The position numbers and the translations under genes were made by a program. The notes below the pieces were generated by a model. The model was not told the origin of the DNA, did no database searches, and saw only the letters and a list, made by a program, of their open reading frames with translations. This document shows positions 27,801 through 42,428 of a stretch of 64,000 nt of DNA, one piece after another; the first letter of the stretch is position 1; each line of letters opens with the position of its first letter. Source of the stretch: Eledone cirrhosa (lineage: Eukaryota); the NCBI GenBank assembly GCA_964016885.1, contig OZ024755.1:18104001-18168000 (forward strand), read 5' to 3'.

Positions 27801-29991
27801 ATTGAGCTTCAGGAAAGTGCCTTGTGATGTGGAATGTCCAAGGTAGTGGATAATGCTGGCTATTTTTATGGTACTGCTTTCACCAACTTGTTCAGAGTTC
27901 AGAGTACCCACCCCACTTTTTATCCTACATTTAATTATGTCGTATGAACTATCCATTCATTTAAGTTTTAGTTGGTATTTGATATATATAGCTGTCTTTG
28001 TGAACAGAAGAATAAGGTTATTTGTCTACTGACAAGCACTCAAATAGCTGTGAAACATGTGTAGTCTATCTCTTATATTTTTCTGTGTATAAAGAAAATG
28101 ACAATGTTCTTAACATTTGTTTCAATTTTCAATTATAGCCTGTAGTTATCATCATCATCGTCATTTTTACATCCGCTTTTCCATGCTTGCATGGGTTGGA
28201 TGGGTTCTTCTCAGCATGACATCTCTCCACACGTGATCCTTTGTTATTGACTTTGTGGGTTTCAGTGATTTGAGATCAGCTCTCACAACCTCGGTCCAAG
28301 TTTTTCTTGGTCTACCTCTACCGCGACTTCCTTACACTGGCATTTCCTGGCACCCAATGATTATTGTCAGTTATATCTACATTTATTATGACCTGTGTCG
28401 ATGTTAAAATGTTTTTAACAAACTAGGTATAAGAGGAATCAAATGCAATGTGCAACCAAGATGATTGTTCTGATATGGACACATGATGTGTAAAGATGAT
28501 TTTTGGGTGAAGAAGTACCAAGAGTTCCTAGTGGAAGGAAGCTGCAGAAGAAGAAATGCCAAGGAAGACGTGGTGAGAGTTAATGTCAAAAGAATGAACC
28601 TCACAAGAGGAGACGACAAAAGATATAAGAAACTTTTGTTAAGTTACCTAACAAATATCTTAATAATGAAATAATTAATCCCTTCCATTTCTCCATTAAT
28701 TAATTCAAATACCGAATATTTAATTAGAAATATAATAATGAATGAGATAGAACAGATAGATAACCATATACTGTAGCAGCAAGAAGAGATTTGAAAGGTT
28801 AGTAGTGCCTCATTTTCTTAGCTTGAAAAAGACTAAAGGATGTCTGTAGTATGTTATGTTTAACCCGTTAAATACCAAACCATTTGAAACCACCCATAAA
28901 AAGATTTTTAAAAGACATGAAAGACATGCACACTCAATTACATGCTACAACAGGGAATGCTGGTGTTTCTCTCTAAAAGGTTAGAGAAAAGCTCAAACAC
29001 AGCATTGCTGTAGCTGATAGCAAGGCTAAGACATTGAAATATCCAAGTACCCTCACGATCAACAACTGATACTTCAGTAAGGCATGCAAACAACAATGAC
29101 AATGACTATTATAAATGATAAAGGAATTTCTGATAAGCTATTATCATCAAGCTATGGGCTCTCATTTGCTCTATGACACCTTTGCACTATATCAGATAAA
29201 AATGTGAATTATTCTCTCTCACTAAAGTATTCCTTTGCCTTCATATCCATATTTTAATCACTAAACAATGACAATGAAAGTGTTTTTTTAGCAGTGTCAA
29301 TATCTATATGTACACTCGAGTCCCCAAATAATGGGGGTGGGGTTAGAAAATCGGTAATTTTTCTGGATTGACTCTTGATTTTTTTAAAAACCAGAATTAG
29401 TTGTTTAGTTTACATACTGAAATCCCAACCCATTCTATTTATTTTATAACACATGGGATTTTTGATAATGTTCTTCTTTTGTCATGTATAATGTTTTTTA
29501 CTGTCTAAAGAAAATTAATCTGCCTAAGTCTCCCTTGGCATATCCTGGTACATAAAAATATGTACCAGTCAAATATTGGAGACAATATACATACAAGTCC
29601 ATTTTATCAACTCCAGTATTTGAGTGGCAAATTATTTTTATTAACCCCTGAAGGATTAAAGGCAAAGCTGTGCTTGGCAACTTAGTCATCTCATCCTTCC
29701 AGGGTTGATAGAAATAAGTAGCAGTTAAGTATTGGGGTTGAGATACTCTACTTTTTCCTCACCCACCAAAAATTTCTGGCACTTCTGTCTATGTAAAATA
29801 ATAATAATATTTAAAGATTTTATTCTTAAATGCTTCAGCTTCTATTCTATGTCCAAAATATAAAGAAGCATCTCCAAATTCATATTTTCATAACCCTTCC
29901 CCAACCAAAAAAAAAAGCAATACCTTCAGATTCAGTTGTAAATATGTAGATTTTTTTAATTGTTATTGTTGTTGTTGCTATTATTATTATG

Positions 29992-30660
29992 AGGGGCAGT
30001 GGATTGGCAGTATCGGTAGAGGGTTGGACGCCATGCTTTGACACATCGAGTTACAGCCCTTGCCATTCTGAGTTCAAATCCCACCGAGGTTAACTTTGCC
30101 TTTCATCCTTACAGGGTCGATAAAATAAAAGTACCAGTAATGCACTGGGTAATTGCTGGCCTTGTGCCAAAAGTAGAAACAATTATTATAATTATTATTA
30201 TATGGGCAGTGGATTGGCAGTATCGGAGGAGCGTCGGACACCCTGCTTTGCAGCATAGAGTTATGACCCTTTACGTTCTGAGTTCAAATCCTGCCGAGGT
30301 TAACTTTATCTTTCATCCTTACGGGATTGATATAATAAAGCACCAGTAATACACTGGAGTCTATTTAATCGACTTTCCCCTCCCCAAAATTGCTGGCCTT
30401 GTGCCTAAAGTAGAAATAATTATTACCATAAAAGGCGGTGGATTGGCAGTATCTGTAGAATGTCGGACAACATGCTTTGTGGCACACAGTTACGACCCTT
30501 TACGTTCTGAGTCCAAATCCCACCGAGGTTAGCTTTGCCTTTCATCCTTACAGGGGGGTCGATAAAATAAAGCACCAGTAATGCACTGGGGGTCAATTTA
30601 ATCGACTTTCCCTCTTCCCCAAATTGTTGGCCCTTGTGCCTAAATCAGAAACTTTATTAT
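29992..30660 (+). mobile_element. Head-to-tail cluster of three tRNA-derived SINEs (Nin/Deu-like core). Other copies at 5995-6173, 6260-6435, 6509-6890, 25128-25595, 35441-35545, 38361-38505, 44196-44350, 46197-46300, 47918-48090, 59080-59270.
   Basis: A-box TGGCAGTATCGGTAGA, B-box GTTCAAATCC, core GCCTTTCATCCTTACGGGGTCGATAAAATAAAGTACCAG, (ATT)n tail. Confidence 0.88.
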
Positions 30661-31149
30661 TATTATTTTCATTAGTATTCCTTGACACACGGTGGTTCTA
30701 TCTCAATAACTACACTGTGTATCAAACTCCATTCTTTAGAGAATGGTTTAATCACATATTCCAATTGAGTCTGCTTAGTAACTGTGGTACCATTTATTGG
30801 TTGATTTGGTGCTACTTGTAACGTTGAATTTTATGAATATTTTTTCCACATTTTTCTATATTCCATTTTTTTTCTTTCTTCTTTTTGAGGTGAGGCGGGA
30901 GGGGCTTTTTTTTAAAAAGAAAATAAAAATGAGAAAGATTCCATTTATTTTTCTGAATCTGCAGTTATGTAAGTCTTCCTGCTGTTGTCTGCAGTAACAG
31001 CATTCCATACATATATGGAAGAATATCTCTGAGATTTTATGAATTCTTCTTCTTCCAAGACGCTGCGTTAAATAAGTATTTTACTATAGAAATACCAAAA
31101 GTACTAGTGAATATATAGATGAGTGAATATATAGATGTGTGTACATATG

Positions 31150-31192
<43 letters not shown>

Positions 31193-31257
31193 ATATATAT
31201 GTATATGTATGTGTGTGTATATATATATATATATACGTGTGTGGGTATATGTATGTG

Positions 31258-31294
<37 letters not shown>

Positions 31295-31366
31295 ATATGT
31301 ATGTGTGTATATATATATATATATTCTCGATATGGTGAACTAACCGTTGTGTAACCTCTTCTATAT

Positions 31367-31407
<41 letters not shown>

Positions 31408-32717
31408 GGTATATGTATGTGTATATATATGTGTGTGTGTGTGTATATATATATATATGTGTGTGTGTGTGTATATGTATGTGTATATATATATATATAT
31501 ATTATTCTCGATATGGTGAACTAACCGTTGTGTAACCACTTCTATATGTATGTGTATATATATATATATATATCAATTAAATTCTCAACGCAGTTGCATG
31601 CTACCTAAGGTTTTAAAATCTACTCTAGCATAGGTCATAGTGACTGTATATGTGCAAGTGTTGCTTATATATACATATATATATATATACATATTTATAT
31701 ATATGTCTGTGCATATATGTGTGTGTATGTATATATATATATATATATATACCGTATGTGTGAATGAGAGAAATAGGAGACAAAACAAAAACAAATAAAG
31801 CAAAGTGAGTGATAACTACCAGTACCTTTTTTTTTTATATATCTATACCTGCTGTGGATACATTATTTATTTTATTCCTCTTTTTATTTTTTTTCCTTCT
31901 TGTATTCTAATATATTTGGAGTTGAAAACTAATAAATTGGTAACAAAATCAACATCCATTCTATTGTGACTTTTATTGTGACTGTATTGGGAATAAGTCA
32001 CAAGTTAAAATGAAGCATGGAAGAGGTTATACATATGTTTTCTATTTATCAGGACAGCAACTTAGCAGGGTTGCTAGGGCTTCATGTTAAACAGTTTACA
32101 ATGTCTTGCTATTTATTTCTCCTGGATTTCTGTGTTCTATGTTCAAATTCTGCCAAAGTTAACTTTGCCTTTCATTCTATTGAGGCTGATAAATAAAGTA
32201 CCAGCGCAGTACTGGGGGGCAAGTCAATTCTTCATCCTCTATCTTCTTTTATTACTTTCTCTGGAAGAAATCGGCTGTGTTCTGCTCTGGGGAGTGATGA
32301 GCTCTGCCATATTTAAAATGTCCAAATGTGTTAGGATGTTATCACTACAACTGTCAGGAATTAAGAGGATTTTCTTTCTTCTCTCTTAATTCAATTTAAA
32401 AAATATATATATTTATATAAATTTGAAAGTCTGATTGCTTTAAAGAAAGGACACCTTAGATAAAGATATCCATAAGAAGACACATTGCATTGGCCAGAAT
32501 ACTTTTGATCAGAGATTCGCTTAATGAAGACTAACAACACTGGACTTTTGAATTACAGGTGCAGTCCATCTGAAAAGCTTCAACAGTTTCCAGCTTCTAT
32601 CCAATTTTACCCATAAAGTTTGGATAGACTTGCTCAAGATGCCACATAGTTGGATTGAAACCCCTAACTTCATGATTATTTAGCAAACTTAGTAACCACT
32701 CTGCCATAACTGTAAAC

Positions 32718-32998
32718 GTCAAGTGAATTGTTAGCCAGCTATGTTGAGCTCAGAACTCAAGTTTGACTGTGTCAATGTCAAGTGAATTGTTAGCCAGCTA
32801 TGTTGAGCTCAGAACTCAAGTTTCACTGTGTCAATGTCAAGTGAATTGTTAGCCAGCTATGTTGAGCTCAGAACTCAAGTTTCACTGTGTCAATGTCAAG
32901 TGAATTGTTAGCCAGCTATGTTGAGCTCAGAACTCAAGTTTCACTGTGTCAATGTCAAGTGAATTGTTAGCCAGCTATGTTGAGCTCAGAACTCAAGT
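32718..32998. repeat. 59-bp tandem repeat, ~5 copies
   Basis: Units start at 32718, 32777, 32836, 32895 and 32954. Confidence 0.95.
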
Positions 32999-33045
32999 AT
33001 TACTGTATAATTTTATATTTATAATTAATTCAGCTGGCAATCAAT

Positions 33046-33740
33046 GTTTATTTATTTATTTATTTATTTTTTAAATATTAAATAGGTTTATTTACAATAG
33101 TTTATAACTTTGCCTATTAATCCGTATGGTGAGCAAATGGGTTCCCACGTGCTGGCCTCCCCACAGCCCCGGCGAACAGGATGAAAAAGGCGTTTCCCCA
33201 GAGGATGGTAAGGGAGATGTGCTGGAAGAGCCATTCCAACTCGCGAGGCTCACACCTGTGGCTGGTCAGCAGGGAGGTAGCCCTAGGGCCAAGGACACCA
33301 GAAGTCTCCACTGCCAAGGGCACGACTGCGAACCTGTCGGAGAGTGACCGGTACTTGGAGAGTTTGGCCTCTTCAGTCCAACGTGCAGCAGAACCCGAGT
33401 TAGTCGCAGACTGCACCAGGTTGCGGCTGGAGAAAGTGTCGCTGCAAGTGGCATTCCAGACGAGGGGTTTGCTACCGCGGAACGGGGAGATGATCATACC
33501 GTCTGGCCTTTTGCCATCCCCTCGGTCCAGCCCCACCGGCTCGAGCTGGGAAGGGAAGCTTGCAGCATCCAAGCCATGCTTAATGACCTCGTTGAGGGCA
33601 GCACGGCGTGGAAGGCAGCTGGCACTGTGGCGACAGGAAAGCAGGTGGAGGCTGAAAGAGTCCACGGTGGATCCACAGATCCGGAGTCCGAGACTCAAGG
33701 AAACGCTGATGCGTAGGCTATCGTTATCCAGCTGTGTGCC
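33046..33740 (-). mobile_element. 5'-truncated CRE-like non-LTR retrotransposon (restriction-like endonuclease end)
   Basis: HLLSC..R.AALN, EPVGL.R.DGKRPDG, PLVW.ATC.DT, EEAK..KY, PLAVETSG, RGN-type terminus; (TAAA)n tail at 33046-33070; GC-rich island. Confidence 0.8.
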
Positions 33741-36700
33741 AGTGGATTGTTAACCAGCTATGTTGAGCTTAGATTTTATCATGTGTATAAAAAAAGGAGG
33801 CTATGGGAAATTACTGAAATATATTTTCTTGGAAAACATGATTGCAGTCTTGACTAGAAGTTCTTTCAGTCCATGATTTATGAGAGTACTTTTCATTCAA
33901 CTTTCATGAAGATTTCTACACTTGACTGTTTCTTCCTAAAGATATTCAATCTTTATGATCAATATGTTAATACTAACATAAATACATCAACATTAACTTA
34001 ACTATTGTTTTGGGGTTTAAGAAGAATCTGAGGTAGTGTGCTGGAGAGTAGACTGTGTTGGTATGGACATGCGATGCACATGGACAATGATCACTGGGTG
34101 AAGATGTGCCAGGAAATGCCAATGGTAGGAAGTTGCAGTAGAGGTAGACCAAGAAAGACCTGGGGAGATCTGGGGAGATCTGACCTCAAATCACTGAGAC
34201 TCACAGAGATGAAAAAGGAACGTGACAAGTAGAAAGATACCGTGCTGAGAAGGACCCACCCAACCCATGCAAGCGTGGAAAAACAGATGTGAAAACAATG
34301 GTGATAGTAATGATGATGATGGCCTCACTGAGTAATTAACATCAGTGATTTATTACTTTTAACTATGCTAAAGTTTCAAGCCTATGGTGATTCTGCCATC
34401 ACTACTTTAGCAAGTATGGTGAAGTGTATGAGTAAGTCTAATAGGACCAACATCTCTCTGAGGTTATCTCCCATACTTGCTAGAGAAATTAAAATAATAT
34501 TTGTCATTGAGTTAATATTTTTTCCTCACCACATAATTACTTCTAATTAGATTTTTGATACTTATTGTACTGATTATTTGAACACTAATATAACTATCAT
34601 GAGACGATTAGTATCTGTCTGCCATGTATGTACTTCATCTGAAAACTTGATCTAAGTACAATGGTATGAGTATTTAACCCATGGCATGTGGTTCTGAGTC
34701 ATATGACCTAACTGGTACGTATTAGATGGTAGACTTAATTGGGTGGTAGCAACATTCCCTCTAAATCATGCAGTCACCATATTGGTGCTGAACACATCAA
34801 AAGATTGCCACTTAATAGCAATTAGCTCTGAAATGTTGCCACTTGGTAGCTTTCCAATGCAGTAGCTTTCAATTTAAATTATTTTTGCTCAAATTATGAA
34901 ATATTCTGCTCAGTGGCTGGGAAAATTTGTAGGGACTTTGGGCAATAGACTTAATCCTTTGCTTGATTTAACACCCCCATTTTGTCCTTGGATACCTTTA
35001 GCAGGATCCACTCTATTGTGGCTATTCAGACCAAGCTTTCAGTTTGAGGATAACATTTTCCTTCCTTCCCAACAGTCTTGGAGGGGTTCTAAAGGGCTTT
35101 GTGTTCTGTCTAAACAGTTAAAATTAAAATACTGCGCTACTCACAACACTGACTTTATCGTGTGAAAATTGTATATTTTCTGTTCACAGATTTTTGTTTC
35201 AATATTTTTGTTATTTGAAGTGATATCCTTTTTGCTCTCTACCTTCCCCAATTATGTTTTAATGTTTGAATTTATTTTTTACATTAGTGTTTTTTTGTTT
35301 TGAGTTGTTTTTGCAATCAGTTGTTGTTGTTTAGCCCTTAGAGGTTCCTGATCAAGCTAACTTGTTGGTGTATCATGTGTTATTCATGCAGACTTTATCC
35401 TGGCTACTCAATGACAACATCAATGACACTATTTAATTAATTGTTTCTACTTTTGGCACAAGGCCAGCAATTATTCCAGTGCATTACTGGTACTTTATTT
35501 TATCGACCCCGTAAGGATGAAAGGCAAAGTTAACCTCGGCGGGATTATTTAATTAATGCAAAAGAGAGAGAGAGAGTCATGGTTTTTATGTCCATTCTTC
35601 CACACGCTTGCATGAGTCTGTCCCAGGGCTAACCATTTTTTATTGTTGTCACTCACTTTCAGCTGAGTAAACTGGAACCAAGTATAATTAAGTGTCTTGC
35701 TCAAGAACACAACACAGTATGCAGTCAGGGAATCAAACCTATGGCCTTATGATTGTGAGCCCACCAGTCTAACCACAATGCTATGCATCTTCACTTTTAA
35801 TTAATATGCATAAATATCAGTATGCTACAGGACATTAACATGTAGGTCATGAAAAACGCACTCAGTACACTCTGTAAAGTGGTTAACAACAAAAAGGATA
35901 TTTAGCTATAGAAACCTTGCCAAAAAGGGTTGAGGACACAACAACCTCTCTTGCGTTGGTGACATGTTAAACACACCCAGTACATTCTGTAAAGTTCTTG
36001 GTGATAGAAAAGGCATCCAGCTGGAGAGAACTTGCCAAACAAAGGAACAAGAAGCCTCTTTAGTTGTGTCAAAGGCAAGACAACCTCCCTAGTGTTGGTG
36101 TCATGATAAAATGCACCTAATACACTCTGTATGGTACAGGATAGTTTGTAAGCAAGATTTGGTCTCAGTCAATCTGAGAAGTCAGCAGTTCTGACTTGCC
36201 CTGTAAAGACCCATCCAACCCATGCTAGTAGACAAAACAAGTGTTAAATGATGATGACAATGATGATGATTATCTAGAGTCATAAAAAAAAAGTCAATGT
36301 CACCATAAGCAAGAAAGTTTTGGACTCTTAAATTAATGGAAAGATGGAATGAAAGATAAATTTCCCTGTTGATGGTGAACCAATATATTTGCTACGGTGA
36401 GGTGAAGTAAAGTATTTAGAATTAACCTTACTCATACAAAACAACCTGAAATCAGCAGCAACTCTCTCATACCAAACTATTTTAACTCTTAACATCTTGC
36501 AATGATTACAAGAAAATAGATTTATATAAAACATTTATAGTTTTTATATAATCAAATTTTCACCTCTCCTCTTTCTGTCTAACCCTTTTACATTATATCC
36601 ATGCAAGCACAGAAAACAGACACTAAGCGGCAATAATGATGATATGTATATGTACGTAATGATATAATACAAATGTTTATAGTATCTTTATTAGTAGACA

Positions 36701-37445
36701 GCTCATTGTAAAGATTTGCAGTATTAGAGTAAAAAATTTAATGTGATCAGTCATGGTGCAGTTTTATACTTTCAAAGAATGTCCTGCTAATGTGGTTTCA
36801 TATGGTATGGAACATTAAAAGTTGAAGTGTTTGTATTTATCTAAAAACCTTTCATCTACATTTTATGTAAGAAGCTTGGTTACATTATGTCCCAAACACT
36901 AACTTAATAGTCAGGAAATAAATATGTAAACAGTAAACAGTAAAATTCCATCACATGAACAATATATAAGTACCACTCTACTTTTGAATCAACGAGGAAG
37001 CCTGTATGTGGTTATATATTAAAGCCTTCCATCACCAGTTTATGTAAGAACCTCTTAAGTTATGCTCCAAACACTAGATTCTCATTATTTAGTTAGTGTT
37101 TGCTGCATAACTTAACACAGGTACTTACCTAAAATGATATTTAAAAGAAACAGCTTCTCAAGTTAGTTACATTACTAAATAATTCCAAATTCTTGATTTT
37201 TTTCAAAATTATTTGAAAATTAAAGGCAAAGACATTCTTTAGAGATATAGTAATGAAAGGTAGCAATGAGATTCATTAGAAATATGGTAATGAAAGGTAA
37301 CCAAACTGTTGAACAACCAAAATATTTTGTTTTCCTCTTAAAATTTGATCAAAATTCAAAATAATTTTTTTTCTCTTGTTTCAGATGTTTACATGTTTCA
37401 AAGACAATCAACGTGGCACTGCTGTGTAGCTGATTAAATGAAAGC

Positions 37446-37484
<39 letters not shown>

Positions 37485-38231
37485 TATACATACATACATA
37501 TACATATATATATATATAAAGCCAGATAAAAGACACGATCCAGACAAAAAACTGATCAAAACATTTCTCTCATTTGAGAGTTAGTAGAGAAGACAAAAAA
37601 CAGCCGAAGTCTTTGATTAATAATATTATTAGTTAATGTAATGGATACTAACTCTGTATTATAGTTATATTTCTTGTGGATTGGTGGAATCCTTAGAACA
37701 TTGGATAAAATACCTTACTGTATTTAGTTATAGCTTTTTACTTTATCCTACCATGGTTAACTTTGTCTTTCAGCCTCCCAAGGTTGATAAAATAAACTAC
37801 CAGTAATACAGTGAAGTCAGTGTGACCAACTTATACAAAAAAAAAAATAAATAATGAAAAATATTCGTAGCCTTAGAATTGGTTATAAAAAAAAATGTTC
37901 AAATAGATGAAATATTGACCTATTAAGCCAATATGTGTTCAGATCAAACCCACTATTGTTATTTTCTTGGGTGACCAAACTGAACATTTAACTTTATATA
38001 TCTCAGTTCACCTTCCTGTCCAAAATATATATTAAGACAGGGTTCCTCAACAAATTTGATGTTCCTATCAATATAACAACATGCTTCATGTCACAAAGAC
38101 AAATGTAATACTTGTAAATTTTACATTATATCTAATTCAAAAATTGTTCCTCACAGATTGTCGCCCAGTGGTGCTTAAGCCTCACATTCGGGGTCAATGT
38201 ACTAGAATGGAAACTATATATATATATATAT

Positions 38232-38270
<39 letters not shown>

Positions 38271-39804
38271 TCAATATATATATATACATACATATATAAA
38301 TATACATATGCATATATATATATACATACACACATACACACACATATATATATAATATATATGAGTTCAAATCCCGCCAAAGTTAGCATTGCCTTTTAAC
38401 CTGACAGAGTCGATAAATTAAAGCACCTGTAATGAACTGGGGTCGATTTAGTCGACTTTCCCCTCCTTTCAAATTGCTGGCCTTGTGCCAAATGTAGAAA
38501 CAATTATTATTATTATTATTATTATCATACAAAGTATCCTTATATAGTCATTGCAACATAAGAATGATGACTGAATTCACAAATTCACAAAGACTTCCTT
38601 CTGCTTCTCCTTATATATATTTTGGTATTTTGGAGGCAATCCTAGATATTATTGATTTGCACTCTGAGTAGTGATAATGTGATATATAATAATGTCTGAT
38701 TCACTTAGTTTGGTGATTGATCTAAAACTATTTCTGCTCCTTCCATCTGTTTGTATAATCACTAAAACCTTCTTCATTGAAAAACCCTTCATAATACCTT
38801 AAAAACCTCAAACAGTTCAAACAGTGTTTTTTTTTTAAAGATTTATTATATTTTATAGACTTCCATCATCTATCACCATGAGAAAAGGTAAAAAAACAAA
38901 TACTAAACCAAAACAAAGAAAAGGAGCCAATCATTGGATTGAATGAAGGAAGCTAAGTTTCTATTGGTCTTTCAATTGCTGATAATGTCTGCCAGTCACA
39001 TGATGAAAGAAAAGCAATATGTTCCAGATCACAAGAAACCATGACTGTTTGATTGTACAGTTTTCATGAAGAAAAACTTTCACCTGGAGTGGAATACAAA
39101 ATTTGTAAGATCTTAATTGATTTGATTATCACAGCTTTAATAATATTCACTGACCAAGCTCTCATTTTTATAATGAGCTCTCACTTTCCTAATGTTGTGG
39201 GGGAGACGAGGAACAGCACAGCTCACCTACCACATAGTCCGAAAGTGAGGGGGCCCAACCACGCTGGCCCTACTTCCACTTATGTGATGTCACTCACCCT
39301 TATGCTTCTGACAAGGCCACCCAAGCCCATGACACCACACACTCTTATGCTTCTGGCAAGGCCCTCCCAACACCATGATGCCAATCACCCATCTGCTTCT
39401 GGCAAGCCCCCCCCCCCCCCCGCCATGACGTCACTAACCCTTGTGCTTCCGACAAGGTCCTTCAACCTTATGACATCACTAACCTTTATGCTTCTGGCAA
39501 GGTCCCCAGCCACACACCTAATATGTAGTATTTAAGTATCTTTAAACTATTCCTCATTCCTAAGCCCACATTACATCAAGAAACTGATCTTAACTATCTT
39601 TATATGAAATTTAACTAATCATCTCTGAGAAATTCATCACTATATAGAAAACTTGCTTTTAAAACATCATTTAAACATCATTGATAAATCTTTATACTAC
39701 AATGAAACTGATCTTAACCATCAGTATATCGAAAATGTTACTAGCCATCACTGGTCAAATCTTTACAATACTTTGATCTTAACCATCAGTATAGCAAAAA
39801 ATGT

Positions 39805-40411
39805 GGCACTGGTTTGTTTTTGTCTGTCAGCAAGCGGTGAACCCCGCCTACACTTCCTCCCGTCGTTTATATCCGTAAAGTGACTAAAGATTAATACAAA
39901 TGTAATATGTTTACGGTTAGGGTTAGTTTTTAGGGTTAGGGTTAGGGTTAGTTGTTAGGGTTAGGGTTAGTTTTTAGGGTTAGGGTTAGTTGTTAGGGTT
40001 AGTGGTTAGTTGTTAGGGTTAGTTTTTAGGGTTAGGGTTAGGGTCAGGGTTAGGGTCAGGGTTAGTTGTTAGGGTTAGGGTTAGTTGTTAGGGTTAGGGT
40101 TAATTGTTAGGGTTAGTGGTTAGGGTTAGTTCTTAGGGTTAGGGTTAGTTTTGGGGGTTAGGGTTAAGGTTAGTTTTTAGGGTTAGGAGTTAGGGTTAGT
40201 TTTTAGGGGTTAGGGTTAGGGTTAAGGTTAGTTTTTAGGGTTAGAGTTAGGGTTAAGAGACAAGCTAAACATACAGAGAATAAAACGATTGAACATCACT
40301 TTCATTTGATTTCACTTTACGGATATAAACGACGGGAGGAACTACAGGCAGGGTTCACCGCTTGCTGAGACGCAAACTTTCACTTTTGACAGACAAAAAC
40401 AAACCAGTGCC
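39805..40411. mobile_element. Non-autonomous DNA transposon (MITE) with 8-bp TSD and internal TTAGGG-like array
   Basis: Perfect 25-bp TIR GGCACTGGTTTGTTTTTGTCTGTCA plus ~55-bp subterminal inverted repeat; TSD AAAAATGT at 39797-39804 and 40412-40419. Confidence 0.9.
39914..40256 (+). repeat. Degenerate interstitial telomeric repeat (TTAGGG with TTAGTTG/TTAGTTT spacers)
   Basis: Directly visible. Confidence 0.92.
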
Positions 40412-40895
40412 AAAAATGTTACTAGCCATCACTGGTCAAATCTTTATACTCCAATGAAACATGTTAACCATGAGTATATAAAAAAATGTTACTAGCCATC
40501 ACTGGTCAAATCTTTACAATACAATGAATCTGATCTTAACCATCACTGTTGACCAAACCATTATTACATAATGAACCTCTATTAGCTAATACTGTATAAC
40601 ATAATTAAACTAAACCATCACTGTATAATATGTGTGTACTAAACCATCACTGTTTGCCATAGCCACCATTGTATAATGATATTTTCCCGGCCTTTACGGC
40701 AGTATAAATCTTCAGTTGTGAACCCTGCATTATATTACTTTACACTTGCTTAACATCACACTGTAGAAACAAATAATGAAAGCCATAAACTTGCCATCTG
40801 ACCCCACACATGATATTCTTTTAGCAAATTCTGTGATTACTAAGATACGAAGCTAATCTTCACACCAACGAAATGTCACTGATCTGCAAAGCCGT

Positions 40896-42170
40896 CACCT
40901 TTCCTTAAACTGCTAGTCTATATTACACCTTTCCTTAAACTGCTAGTCTATATTACACCTTTCCTTAAACTGCTAGTCTATATTACACCTTTCCTTAAAC
41001 TGCTAGTCTATATTGCACCTTTCCTTAAACTGCTAGTCTATATTACACCTTTCCTTAAACTGCTAGTCTATATTACACCTTTCCTTAAACTGCTACTCTA
41101 TATTACACCTTTCCTTAAACTGCTACTCTATATTACACCTTTCCTTAAACTGCTAGTCTATATTACACCTTTCCTTAAACTGCTAGTCTATATTACACCT
41201 TTCCTTAAACTGCTAGTCTATATTGCACCTTTCCTTAAACTGCTAGTCTATATTACACCTTTCCTTAAACTGCTACTCTATATTACACCTTTCCTTAAAC
41301 TGCTACTCTATATTACACCTTTCCTTAAACTGCTACTCTATATTACACCTTTCCTTAAACTGCTAGTCTATATTACACCTTTCCTTAAACTGCTAGTCTA
41401 TATTACACCTTTCCTTAAACTGCTACTCTATATTACACCTTTCCTTAAACTGCTAGTCTATATTACACCTTTCCTTAAACTGCTAGTCTATATTACACCT
41501 TTCCTTAAACTGCTAGTCTATATTACACCTTTCCTTAAACTGCTACTCTATATTACACCTTTCCTTAAACTGCTAGTCTATATTACACCTTTCCTTAAAC
41601 TGCTAGTCTATATTACACCTTTCCTTAAACTGCTAGTCTATATTACACCTTTCCTTAAACTGCTAGTCTATATTACACCTTTCCTTAAACTGCTAGTCTA
41701 TATTACACCTTTCCTTAAACTGCTAGTCTATATTACACCTTTCCTTAAACTGCTAGTCTATATTACACCTTTCCTTAAACTGCTAGTCTATATTACACCT
41801 TTCCTTAAACTGCTAGTCTATATTACACCTTTCCTTAAACTGCTAGTCTATATTACACCTTTCCTTAAACTGCTACTCTATATTACACCTTTCCTTAAAC
41901 TGCTACTCTATATTACACCTTTCCTTAAACTGCTAGTCTATATTACACCTTTCCTTAAACTGCTACTCTATGTTACACCTTTCCTTAAACTGCTAGTCTA
42001 TATTACACCTTTCCTTAAACTGCTAGTCTATATTACACCTTTCCTTAAACTGCTAGTCTATATTACACCTTTCCTTAAACTGCTAGTCTATATTACACCT
42101 TTCCTTAAACTGCTAGTCTATATTACACCTTTCCTTAAACTGCTAGTCTATATTACACCTTTCCTTAAAC
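40896..42170. repeat. 30-bp minisatellite, ~42 near-perfect copies
   Basis: Unit CACCTTTCCTTAAACTGCTA(G/C)TCTATATTA. Confidence 0.98.
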
Positions 42171-42207
42171 AGTTATCCTATATGATATAACTATCACCTT
42201 CCCTTAA

Positions 42208-42428
42208 CCCTTTAGCATTTAAACCAGCTGTATCCGGCCAGAATTCTCTCACCTCTTTCTGTTCAAACCGGCTGTAATTGGCTGTTCATACCAATGTTAA
42301 GGTATTGTTCTCAAAATAAATAACATCAAAATCTCGTAGCTTCAATATTATCTTAGATAATTATGTAAGGTAAATCTTTTACTGTGAAAATACAATAGTA
42401 AATATAGAGAAATGTAAATGCTAAAGGG
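42208..42428. mobile_element. piggyBac-type MITE; further copies at 7970-8168, 9440-9646, ~10705-10875, ~23015-23209, ~50711-51079
   Basis: TTAA on both sides, 14-bp TIR CCCTTTAGCATTTA; shared internal sequence among copies. Confidence 0.85.

Noticed and set aside
29992-30085. tRNA gene
   Set aside because: A and B boxes only, no cloverleaf; it is a SINE head
30945-31062. Possible minus-strand terminal exon (SVLEEEEFIKSQRYSS...)
   Set aside because: Weak acceptor, no recognisable homology and no partner exons found
40896-42170. CRISPR-like appearance of the 30-bp repeats
   Set aside because: No unique spacers, no cas genes, eukaryotic context
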